64,000 bases of DNA. It comes from Methanobacteriota archaeon (GTDB lineage: Archaea > Halobacteriota > Bog-38 > Methanoflorentales > Methanoflorentaceae). The position numbers and the translations under genes were made by a program. Positions within the stretch are counted from its first letter, which is position 1; each line of letters opens with the position of its first letter. The DNA is taken from NCBI GenBank assembly GCA_963720465.1, contig OY970393.1:672001-736000 (forward strand), read 5' to 3'. Positions 55,353-64,000 of this stretch are shown in pieces. The notes below the pieces were generated by a model. The model did not search any database, had not been told where the DNA came from, and saw nothing but the letters and a program-made list of their open reading frames with translations.

Positions 55353-55637
55353 ATGAAAGCGTACGACGTGAAGACGTTGCGCCCGTGCCGAAGCGGCGGA
55401 ATAATTGTAGAGGGACATTTCAGCAATGAATTTGCCATGCACGAGTTATGTTCATTATTACACGGTGTAGCAAAGTGCTCGGAAAAATTAGGGGTCGCAC
55501 GGTTTTCCCACGAAGGGTGTGACATTACTATCTACAGAACTGGGCGAGTTGACGTGCACGGGGTTACTTCTGAAGAAGAGGCAATTGAATTTATCAACGA
55601 CATAAAACTCATTGTCGAAGATGCTTTTGTCGATTAG
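55353..55637 (+). CDS. Hypothetical protein (TBP-like beta-sheet pattern)
   Basis: RPCRSG...ITIYRTGRVDVHG..SEEEA. Confidence 0.6.
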   Translation: MKAYDVKTLRPCRSGGIIVEGHFSNEFAMHELCSLLHGVAKCSEKLGVARFSHEGCDITIYRTGRVDVHGVTSEEEAIEFINDIKLIVEDAFVD

Positions 55638-55648
55638 TTCTCTCTAGA

Positions 55649-55935
55649 CTAGATCAGCTTTTCAATGATTTCAACCGCATCCCGGACAAACGCCGGACAT
55701 AGTGCCATGACGACTTTGTTCTTTTTTGCCTCAGCAACTTGTTGCGGGTCTGCCAGGTTGTATCCAAGCAGTCCTGTGCATTTCACTGAGCCATTACGCA
55801 GCTTAAATTGCCTGAGAAATTCGCCGACTACCGCATAGGTCTTTTCTTTTGCAGCTTTGTCTTTCGCCGTGATCCTGCCGTATCGCAGCCCGATGACCAT
55901 AATCGCGCCTGAGACAGCGCCGCAGATGTCATCTG
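55649..55935 (-). pseudogene. C-GCAxxG-C-C redox protein, 5'-truncated
   Basis: ICGAVSGAIMVIGL...F...NGSVKC..LLG...CP.FV; N-terminal half missing. Confidence 0.78.
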
Positions 55936-56309
55936 GTGTAGGTTATTCCAGCACCAAACCCCTGCGAGATCCGAAGAGCCAGAAGAGCCAGATCCGGATC
56001 GAGCCCGAAGTCCTGTGCAAAGACCGAAAGCACAGCCTGTGAACAGCTGAAACCGTGCTGAAAAAGAGTGACCGCCTCATCTGCTTTCGACATATGCAGC
56101 AATCATGCAAGGACAGCAATAATGATTCCGCTCGCGCTAGAACCACAGCGTTGCTCGCTAACGATCCCTAAAGCCGTTGCCAATGCCCTCCCCAAACCTC
56201 ACAGCAGAATGGCACATCAGGGCAGAGGATATTTCTGAATTTGCACGCCGAGCGAGGTAAAAGAGTGGACAATCACCTCATGTCGACTCTTTTATTGGCA
56301 ATACCTTGA

Positions 56310-56984
56310 CTAGATCATCCCCGAGCCAAAGTTACTGCCCATGTGCTCCTGCATTTCCTGCTGCATGTCGGTGCGTGTGTTCGCGTTCGGCCCGTAGCCC
56401 ATGTACGGCCCCATGCCATAGCCATTTCCGCTAAGCCTGTGCATATCGTTCCACATGTCCCGCCACATGTTTTGCTGGTACGGTGCTTGCCCGACAGCAC
56501 CGCCGGTGATGACCATGCAGTAGTAAGGCATGAGCGGTGAGCTGCCATATTCCACGGCCGCCCCTCTCTTGGCACTCGCGTTAAACCCTGACCACGCCGA
56601 CGCATTCTGCTGCACTGCAGCGTACCCTTGCCCCATAAACAATGTTCTCATCGAAACGAACTGTGCTTGCGCCATTGATGCATTATTGCACGCTTGGACG
56701 CTCACGGTGTAGGTGCCGTTGCTATCGCTCACCGTACCGTTGTACACTGCAATCCCTGCTTGTGGACTGGGTTGCAGTGAAAACGGCGTTACCACCGTGA
56801 AGTTTAGCTGTTGCATCGTGGTCGCGAGGTACTGAGCGATGGCTTGGTCTTGTGCAGCCGAGGTTGTCGTGCTGGTGCTTGGAGTCGCCGTAGGGGAAGA
56901 CGTCGTAGGGCTCGTGCAGCCCGCAGCGAGAACAGCTGCGAGCATCACTAGCGCTAACGCGCCTGCCACAAACGATTTTTTCAT
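56310..56984 (-). CDS. Secreted lipoprotein with Met/Gly-rich C-terminus
   Basis: Lipobox AAGC, Thr/Ser linker, MWRDMW...GYGMGPYMG tail. Confidence 0.75.
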   Translation of the reverse strand: MKKSFVAGALALVMLAAVLAAGCTSPTTSSPTATPSTSTTTSAAQDQAIAQYLATTMQQLNFTVVTPFSLQPSPQAGIAVYNGTVSDSNGTYTVSVQACNNASMAQAQFVSMRTLFMGQGYAAVQQNASAWSGFNASAKRGAAVEYGSSPLMPYYCMVITGGAVGQAPYQQNMWRDMWNDMHRLSGNGYGMGPYMGYGPNANTRTDMQQEMQEHMGSNFGSGMI

Positions 56985-57298
56985 TGTAAAACCTCGTAGT
57001 TACTCATAATGATGCCGGTAATGTATAGCTCGGAGCTTTAAGCATTGGGTGTATCATGCACCGCGCTGGAGCTGAGTATGGCTTGAAACCGCAGGAATAT
57101 TGTTTCGTATCGAATAGGGAAGCGTATGCCACGTCCGGCATTGAGGTTTAAGCGTGAACAGCCAAACTCCCTTTGCGAAACGCTTTGCGTACTCATTTGT
57201 GCTTGGTCGCAGAAGGCTAATCATAACGATTAAGGTGCAGCGACGACTTTGCACGTGTTATGCTAGCCACTGAACATTACCGATGCTACGATGTTACG

Positions 57299-57562
57299 AT
57301 GCCAAACCACGAGCTGTTGGAAGTCCATCACTCCAAAATCTCGCTTCACCACGCAAAAGCAGATTATACCTACCCAACGATACGATTACCACATACATTC
57401 TCAGCGCTTGCAGGACTATCGACGCAAATCTTTCAAACTGTGCACAAAGGAGCGCTTGTCTTTCTTGTGGTCGTGTCATCTGCAAACGTTTCCAGAAACA
57501 CTTTCGAGCGATCTAAAAACAGCGGTGCTTGCGCTAAAGCCTCCGTCTTCACACGGCGTTAA
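57299..57562 (+). CDS. AbrB-like integrase N-fragment homolog, copy 2, ending in a tRNA-Val anticodon arm
   Basis: HHAKADYTYPTIRLP..FS.LAGL.T.IFQ.VH.GAL.FLVV, close homolog of 49421; last codons overlap CGTC-TTCACAC-GGCG (57544-57558). Confidence 0.75.
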   Translation: MPNHELLEVHHSKISLHHAKADYTYPTIRLPHTFSALAGLSTQIFQTVHKGALVFLVVVSSANVSRNTFERSKNSGACAKASVFTRR

Positions 57563-58367
57563 TTTAGACGATAAAAACTCTCCGGAATTCCCTGCTGAGG
57601 CTCACTGTTAAGGGCTTTCACCTTCGTGGCGATCTGTCCCGTGCCTTTCAGCATCCTGAAGCGTTGCAGACCCTCCACGACAATGTGATTCTCCCAGAAA
57701 AGGAGCTCGCGCTTAAGTCTTGATATTGTCAACAAGAAATCTCATTATATGAGAGACTACCTTCCCTGACTGTCCTCACAGATTTCGAGCCCAGAGATCG
57801 CAAGCTTTTCCGCGTCGTATGCGCACATCACCTGCTGCAACGCGTCAATGATCAGGCGAAGAGGCGGGGGTGCCCTCTTCTGCGATCGGGGGGCTATGCG
57901 GCCCTGCTACAATCGATGCGACCATTACTGCAAGGTCTGGGCAAGCTGCTCTTTCAACTCAACGGCAAGCGTTCGTAAATACGATCCTTCGAGCCGTTCG
58001 GCTCTGGCGAGGCAAGCTGCACGCCGCTCCGTAGATTACCACGTACCTTAGTTGGGCGTCTCGCCGAGAGCGTCCCACCATCTCTATCAGCTTTCCAGCG
58101 GTACTGTGTGAATGTAGGCAGCAAAGAGGTTGTAGAGCGCTTGTTTCTTGTCGCTTGTAACGGTCTCGGAATATATTGCTTGCACAAGGCTTGAATTTGC
58201 ACTTCAGGTGATATTTGAAATGCAAGAACGTGTTGAAAGGAAAAGGAAAGAGGTGAAGAGGATACCGAACACCCCTTCACAATCCCCACAAGGCCAGTAT
58301 CGCTCTGATCAGTGCTGCATCGCCAGTAACCGCCTATGCTGCCTTCTTCATTACAATGCGTTACGGC

Positions 58368-58772
58368 TTAGAGTATGTGTAGCCCAAGGGAAAAGACACC
58401 TGGGGATTCGAGCAGACTCGGATTGAGCGTACCCGTGAGGACTAGACAATCGCCCTTACTGGGAACGCCAGAGGCGATGAACGTAGCACCAGTGCTACCG
58501 GACCGGGCGTATTGCAGCAAGTATGTCGTGCCGGGTTTCATCCCGTGGTCATAGCAGACGCACACGAAGTGACCGTTATAGTTGTCAACGATTATTATGC
58601 CGCCAACTTTGCCATCTGGAGCGATAACGGTGAAAATGGAAATGGGCGATTTGCTCACCTGCACTCCTTTGGGGGCAACCGGCACAGCACCCGCAGGGAT
58701 CGCACCAATGCTGGTTACCAGCAGCAGGCACGCGAGGCTTGCCAGTACTACAGCTCTCATATTAATTCTCAT
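58368..58772 (-). CDS. Secreted hypothetical protein
   Basis: Signal peptide; SD GAGGTGA. Confidence 0.65.
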   Translation of the reverse strand: MRINMRAVVLASLACLLLVTSIGAIPAGAVPVAPKGVQVSKSPISIFTVIAPDGKVGGIIIVDNYNGHFVCVCYDHGMKPGTTYLLQYARSGSTGATFIASGVPSKGDCLVLTGTLNPSLLESPGVFSLGLHIL

Positions 58773-58898
58773 AACTTCACCTCGATTCGGGTTTTTAAAA
58801 CCGATTAGCGTAGGCTATCATAAGATAAAAAATTGCCCTTTTTGACACGCTTTGTGAGAGTGCCCGACGCGCGAGATTCAGCGTAAATCGCAACGGTT

Positions 58899-59153
58899 AT
58901 GCGCACACGGGAGATAATGCAGCGCATGCAATCGATCTGCACGCATAAGATAAGCATCCAAAGCTCAAAGCCATCTCATGCCTGCCCCATTGTCAGGCAC
59001 CCACCTGAGTTTGGCGAACTGGCGGGAACACGCGCAGAGATCTATCAAACAAGCTATGACGATGGGATTGCTTTTTTAGTGAAGATCATCGATCGTTCTA
59101 AAAAGAAGCTCAGCAAGGGCTCCAATTTCGAAAAGGAGCCTTCACACTGCTGA
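58899..59153 (+). CDS. AbrB-like integrase N-fragment homolog, copy 3 (diverged)
   Basis: HKISIQSSK...PIVR.P.EF..LAG..AEIYQT...G.AFLV.I; runs into a tRNA half. Confidence 0.65.
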   Translation: MRTREIMQRMQSICTHKISIQSSKPSHACPIVRHPPEFGELAGTRAEIYQTSYDDGIAFLVKIIDRSKKKLSKGSNFEKEPSHC

Positions 59154-59182
59154 GGTCGCCGATTCGAATCCGGCCGAGCCCA
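59137..59182 (+). repeat. Diverged 3' half of tRNA-Val(CAC) (att core)
   Basis: AGCC-TTCACAC-TGCT-GAGGTC-GCCGA-TTCGAAT-CCGGC-CGAGCCC-A. Confidence 0.82.
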
Positions 59183-59488
59183 TCGTTCTTTTGTCAATCG
59201 GAAACATTTAAGCCGTTTACTAGGCATTTGTCCAGTACGAGAATAATGGCAAAAAAGAAGCACAAGAAGGACAAAAAGTCGCACAACCCATCCTTTGCGT
59301 GTTCGAGAAAACGTGACTCGATCCTTAGACGGCACTACGTAGGCTTGTCGCGTCAACGTGACAGGTGCTTTTCAGCACTATTGTCGAAAAAAGCAAAGAA
59401 AATCAGAAGAACTATGCACATTGAGGGCGTGTCTGCAACCGAGTGCTGCCGTTAGCTATCGGAATTCTTAAAGAACATAAGATTTGCA

Positions 59489-60283
59489 ATGCAAAAAAGT
59501 AGCGTCGTGATAATAGCCGTTATAGCGCTCATAGCAGGCGCTACAACAGCGTATGCATTCACCTCAGGCCTTCAATCTCAGACGCTGCATGGCAGCTCGC
59601 AACAGGGCGTGCTCTTTCAAGCGTCGACATATAGCGCCCTACAAGCAGGCGACTATAATGGAAATGTGACTCTTAAAGATTTACGAGCCCACGGCGATTT
59701 TGGCTTGGGCACCTTTGACGCCCTCGACGGCGAGATGATCCTCTTGAACGGCACATTCTATCAGATCAAATCGGACGGCAGTGTCTCTGTCGCCAACGAT
59801 TCGATGAAGACTCCTTTTGCAGACGTGACGTCATTCGAGCCTACTAGTCAAATGGTACTCGCCCCCAATAGCCCCTTGAACTATTCTGAGCTGCAGTTGT
59901 ACTTAGACGGTCAACTGCCCACGAAAAACATCTTCTACGCGGTAAAAATAACAGCAGAATGTTCCTATCTCGAAGTTCGGAGCCCGCCGAAACAGGCTAT
60001 GCCGTATCTGCCGCTTTCCGAGGCGTTAAAAAACGAGTCGATCTTTGAACTGCACAACGTCACAGGAACATTTGTGGGCTTTTTCTCTCCGCAGTACGCA
60101 AACGGAACCTGCGTTCCCGGTTGGCACTTTCATTTTCTCACCGCTGATGATGAACATGGCGGGCACGTATTAGACGCGACACTTCAAAATGCAACGATAC
60201 AAATAGATGACTTGACGACGCTCTCTGTAGCGCTCCCCGACACAACCTCCTTTTACGCGCTGAATCTGACGAGCAACGCCTGA
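59489..60283 (+). CDS. budA: Alpha-acetolactate decarboxylase with N-terminal signal peptide
   Basis: LFQAST..AL..G.Y.G, HGDFGLGTF..LDGEMI, TPFA, GWHFHF...GGHVLD. Confidence 0.9.
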   Translation: MQKSSVVIIAVIALIAGATTAYAFTSGLQSQTLHGSSQQGVLFQASTYSALQAGDYNGNVTLKDLRAHGDFGLGTFDALDGEMILLNGTFYQIKSDGSVSVANDSMKTPFADVTSFEPTSQMVLAPNSPLNYSELQLYLDGQLPTKNIFYAVKITAECSYLEVRSPPKQAMPYLPLSEALKNESIFELHNVTGTFVGFFSPQYANGTCVPGWHFHFLTADDEHGGHVLDATLQNATIQIDDLTTLSVALPDTTSFYALNLTSNA

Positions 60284-60560
60284 TTGAACGAAACGGAAAG
60301 CTGGGTCTGTCTCACGGCTTATTAGCGTAGTGTGCCCAGCAAGATTATGTTGCCAACGGAGTTAGATTATGAGGTCAACGTTGCCCCATACTGCATATGT
60401 CCTCCACGTGCTCTGGCAGCGGATGCCGATAATTCGTCCGCGCTACCCCCCGTCCCAGTGCGTGAGAAGATAGGCGCGGTGCGACTCATTCCGCCCGATG
60501 AGGTCACCGTGATGCTCGGCAATTTCTCGTAGATCTGCTGTGACAAAGTAGCGGCGCGCT

Positions 60561-61634
60561 CTAATTGACCGAAACGCTCAGGTTGTACTGCTGTGCCGCC
60601 TTTCGTAGCACGATGTCCTGTAACCCGCCCACAGTCGGAATACCAACGAGCTTGCCCTTTAGATCTGCGATTGAACGTATACCTCCGTTAGGTTTCACAA
60701 CGATCGCCGATCCGCCGTGATTAACCTCTGATATGATTTGGATCTTCGCATTGTCGTTTACCCGTGCTTCTATCGTAGGGACTGCGCCTACGTACCCCGC
60801 GTCAAGCGCACCCGTTTTGAGGTCTTTCATCATGGCCACGCCGTTGGGATACTCTTTGAAGTGAACCGTTAATCCGCAGGCGCTGTAATATCCCTGGTTC
60901 TGAGCAACAATACTTGCGAGCCTTGTGCTGTCTGCGGTTAAGAATCCAACGTTGATAGTGGAGTTTACGACCGGTGGTTTCCAGTTCGGGTCTCTCGAAA
61001 GGTTATCATTCACCTCTTTCGAGTAATTCTGTATGACGAAGCTGTTAAAGAACTGACTTTCGTTTGCATACCCTAGATCCGTAACGCTTTTGTTTAGGTA
61101 TGACGCGTTGTTTAGCTCATTGTAGCAGTCCCTGATTGAGTTAGGATTATTATCACCGACGTATTGTACGTTCTTCAAGGAATCATTCGCTGCCTGCAAT
61201 GAGACGCCTGAATCGTTAGCTATGTACTGCACGACCGTGTCGTGGTTGTTCGGATCGTTTATGAAGTCTGTTCCTTTGACGTGAGCCCAAATCAGGCATA
61301 ACAGCACATTTCGATTGAGCTTCTGCAAAGAGCTGTTTGGTATGGCGATCACGTCACCAACGTGTTGCGGCCAAATCGCATCCGAATTTGCGAGGATAAC
61401 ACCCGTTCCGTTGAGTTGTGCCTGCGAGACGATGGGCTCCCAAGCGACAAAGGCATCAATCTTCCCTGCCTCTAATTGATTTGACATATCTTTCACATTC
61501 AAGACGGTTTCATGCACGGCCCCGCTAACCGAGGCCGTTTGATTCGAGGCTGTTTGGCTTGTGCATCCTGCGGTTAGCACTGCCGTGGCGAGGGATACAA
61601 TAACAAGAACCATTAACTGCTGCTTTCGCGTCAT
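60561..61634 (-). CDS. SsuA/NMT1-type ABC substrate-binding lipoprotein, circularly permuted
   Basis: Lipobox TAGC; IDAFVAWEP half precedes INVGFL...DLKGKLVGIP...QDIVLR half. Confidence 0.85.
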   Translation of the reverse strand: MTRKQQLMVLVIVSLATAVLTAGCTSQTASNQTASVSGAVHETVLNVKDMSNQLEAGKIDAFVAWEPIVSQAQLNGTGVILANSDAIWPQHVGDVIAIPNSSLQKLNRNVLLCLIWAHVKGTDFINDPNNHDTVVQYIANDSGVSLQAANDSLKNVQYVGDNNPNSIRDCYNELNNASYLNKSVTDLGYANESQFFNSFVIQNYSKEVNDNLSRDPNWKPPVVNSTINVGFLTADSTRLASIVAQNQGYYSACGLTVHFKEYPNGVAMMKDLKTGALDAGYVGAVPTIEARVNDNAKIQIISEVNHGGSAIVVKPNGGIRSIADLKGKLVGIPTVGGLQDIVLRKAAQQYNLSVSVN

Positions 61635-61993
61635 TATATCCTCCTTCTTGAATCAACTTTGATACACGTTTTTCAGGCGTGCGTAACGGCGCTTGGGTCA
61701 TTCGACTTAAGAAAGCATAAACTTGTACTATCTGATCTCACAAAGGCGAATCGCTAACCTACAAGTGAGATGCGATTAAGAGCGTCCACCAGATAAAGTT
61801 CCTTTTCATGGCCTCATACAATCGTCCGCGCCGCTATTTACTAAATTAAATAGCCTACCTATTCGTCTATAAATGATAAATGTTGCAGCATTTGAGCGCG
61901 TTTCTAGGGAAGGGAGCGGCAAACGCCCCTTATTTTGAATTCCTGTGATGCTTGCAGTGCCGTGAAGGTTTCCGACTTATGGAAGCCCCATGA

Positions 61994-62150
61994 TTATTTC
62001 AAGTCCTTCTGCTTCTGGGAACGTTTTAAGGTCTCTACGTTTACCGTTCCGAAGCCGCCGAGCATTAACAGGGCTTTTGCCATTGCCTCGTCGCTGGAGG
62101 CCTCAGCAATTACATCCCTATCGTACCTTCCGAAGGTAAAGTAGATGGGT
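61994..62150 (-). pseudogene. GYD-domain 3' fragment, duplicate of 63266-63559
   Basis: YFTFGRYD...AEA..DEAM.KALLMLGGFGTV.VETLK; nucleotide similarity to ~63285-63440. Confidence 0.8.
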
Positions 62151-62217
62151 CTGAGTAGTCCAATTGCTAAGAACACACAGCACAATATTTTTTTAAGTCG
62201 AACCCCCACCATTAACT

Positions 62218-63049
62218 GTGATCTGCGAAATAGGCGATCTTAACATTTATTATGAGACTCGCGGAGAAGGCACTCCGCTGCTTGCGATCCACGGGTATTA
62301 CGTTGATCAACCACGTTATGACTGGCTGCCTCGAACCGATCTTTTCACGTCGCCCGGGATGGAAGCGCATTTACATCGACTTACCGGGCATGGGCCGCAC
62401 CCGTGCTCCCAGTTGGTTGCACAGCGCAGATCAGATGCTAGACGCAATCGTCAAGTTCTGTGAAAACATTCTTCCTGAGGGCCAGTTCCTAGTCGCAGGT
62501 GAATCTTACGGAGGTTATCTTGCCCGAGGCTTTGTCCGTTCCCTACCCGAGCGTCTCAGCGGAGTTCTTCTCATCTGCCCCGTTATTATAGCCGATCGAA
62601 ACCGGCGCGACCTCCCTCCTCGGCAGGTGTTCGCCAAGGATGAACCTTATTTGGCGAGTGTCGCATCGAGTGAGCAAAAGGATTGGCTTGAGCGCGCGCT
62701 AGCGGTGCAAGACAAGCGGCGATGGGAGCGTTTTACTCAGGACACCATAGGAATGAACGCGAAAGATGAGGCGTTTATCAAGCGATTTGAAACCTCCCCC
62801 GGTTATAGCTTTTCCTTTGATGTGGATCAGCTACGGCATCCATTCGACCGACCTGCACTCATCCTTGTTGGCCGCCAAGACGCGTTTGTCGGGTATCGTG
62901 ACTCGCTGAAACTGGTTGCGAATTATTCCCGAGGGACTTTCGCGGTGCTTGATAGGGCCGGGCACGGCTTGGAAGTCGAACAAGAAACTGTATTTAACTG
63001 TTTAGTCAATGAGTTGCTCGACCGGGTGGAAGAAGCCCAGCGCTCCTGA
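62218..63049 (+). pseudogene. Alpha/beta hydrolase, frameshifted near 62310
   Basis: IYYETRGEGTPLLAIHGY in the first frame; YIDLPGMG, GESYGG, GRQD, AGH in the second. Confidence 0.85.
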
Positions 63050-63265
63050 GATGCGTTAGCGATCTGTGCAAAAATAGAGATATCTACTAAGATATCGTGT
63101 TCTGTTCAGAGAGACTGGAGATATGCATGGGGCGGGTTGGAAGATTGGAGTGATAGCTTCGTAGAGGATATCTTCTTCGCAACAGACGGCAGATCAGCCA
63201 CCTAATTGATGTGCTTATTGAGAAGTTCGGGTGAATCAAGAGAGACGCTCAGCGATGTGCGAGAA

Positions 63266-63559
63266 TTAAGGAAGCTCCTTGATTATCTCTAACCCTTCTT
63301 TTTCCGGAAACGCCTTTAAGGTCTCTACGCTCACCGTTCCGAAGCCACCGAGCATGAGCAGCGCTTTTCCCATTGCCTCGTCACCGGGAGCTTCAGCAAT
63401 CACTACTTTGTCGTACCTTCCGAAGGTAAAGTAGAGGGCTTTCAGCTCTCCGTTAACAGACGTTAATATGTTACGAAGGCGTTCAATTCGTTGGGCATCG
63501 TCCTTTATCTGCTGTATTCCCGCTTGTGTCCATTTCATAAGCATAATGTAGCTAGGCAT
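63266..63559 (-). CDS. GYD domain protein
   Basis: Y..LMKWT..G...IKD...R...GE...YFTFGRYD...EAP...TLKAF. Confidence 0.88.
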   Translation of the reverse strand: MPSYIMLMKWTQAGIQQIKDDAQRIERLRNILTSVNGELKALYFTFGRYDKVVIAEAPGDEAMGKALLMLGGFGTVSVETLKAFPEKEGLEIIKELP

Positions 63560-63839
63560 AGTTGTGTTACCTCCTTTTCGTTACAAGGTGGCAAAAGGCG
63601 CCATCTATTTAAAGCCATATATTGCTTGGCACTTTTTGTAATAAAACTGGCAGGAAGTAAGTACTCACAATCCTGGGGTGACTGCCAGAACATAGTTACA
63701 ATAGGGGATAAGCGTCACGATGCAGCTATGGTTAGCAGGTTTTGCTCCTTACGGCTGCCGGTTTGTGTTGAGACCAATCCACGCTGGCCTCGCAATGCAT
63801 ATAGACGACACACGCTCACAAAATCAAGGAATTTCTGAC

Positions 63840-63951
63840 TCTCTACCATCTTCTCTCGCGTACAGCCAGCATAGTGTGTCGCCGTAGCAAATTGCATCGC
63901 ATCTGGAACTCGTTTGTCCGTGTGCTCGTCAATAGCTTCTGGCCGTGGCAA
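63840..63951 (-). pseudogene. Possible PIN/VapC C-terminal remnant
   Basis: RVPDAMQFATA...GC resembles the PIN 'DA+++AtA' motif. Confidence 0.4.
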
Positions 63952-64000
63952 ACGTCTGTCGCTCCCCGCAAATCACAACAATTAAGTGTCGGTATCCATT

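Larger units (their letters stand above)
38790..64000. mobile_element. Accessory region / decayed tandem integrative-element island (right end not in window)
   Basis: Core genes stop abruptly; four tRNA-half att relics, integrase fragments, many pseudogenes, low coding density. Confidence 0.65.

Noticed and set aside
57600-58050. Possible decayed gene on the minus strand after att copy 2
   Set aside because: Coding-like fragments, but no family could be recognised.
1-64000. CRISPR array, rRNA, SRP RNA or RNase P RNA
   Set aside because: No regularly spaced repeats or recognisable conserved RNA motifs seen by eye.

Overview
Archaeal DNA of a Halobacteriota/Methanomicrobia-like euryarchaeote (split rpoB''/B' and rpoA'/A'', intron-containing tRNAs; taxonomy is inference). 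Positions 1-38,740 are core chromosome: tRNA-Lys, the rpoH-B''-B'-A'-A''-L30e-nusA-S12-S7-EF2-EF1A-S10-tRNA-Ser superoperon, a frameshifted hisG, a PriS-like primase paralog, RNase Z, CCA enzyme, FEN1, proteasome beta, aCPSF1/FttA and EndoIII. From about 38,790 to the end is a ~25 kb accessory region rich in gene remnants. Its most striking structure is a repeated, co-oriented unit: a ~90-aa AbrB-like ORF running into the 3' half of tRNA-Val(CAC). There are three ORF-bearing copies (49.4, 57.3, 58.9 kb) plus a relic at the island's left edge (38.8 kb). In one copy the reading frame continues through the tRNA half into a decayed tyrosine recombinase, and a catalytic C-terminal piece of a similar recombinase lies hidden at 42.1 kb on the opposite strand. 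This fits a family of att-spanning ('suicide', SSV1/pTN3-like) integrative elements that accreted here. Other notable items are a circularly permuted SsuA/NMT1-type binding protein, a conserved hairpin leader before small DUF3303/GYD-like genes, a NurA::haloperoxidase chimera and a secreted acetolactate decarboxylase. All product calls come from motif recognition by eye, not database searches.
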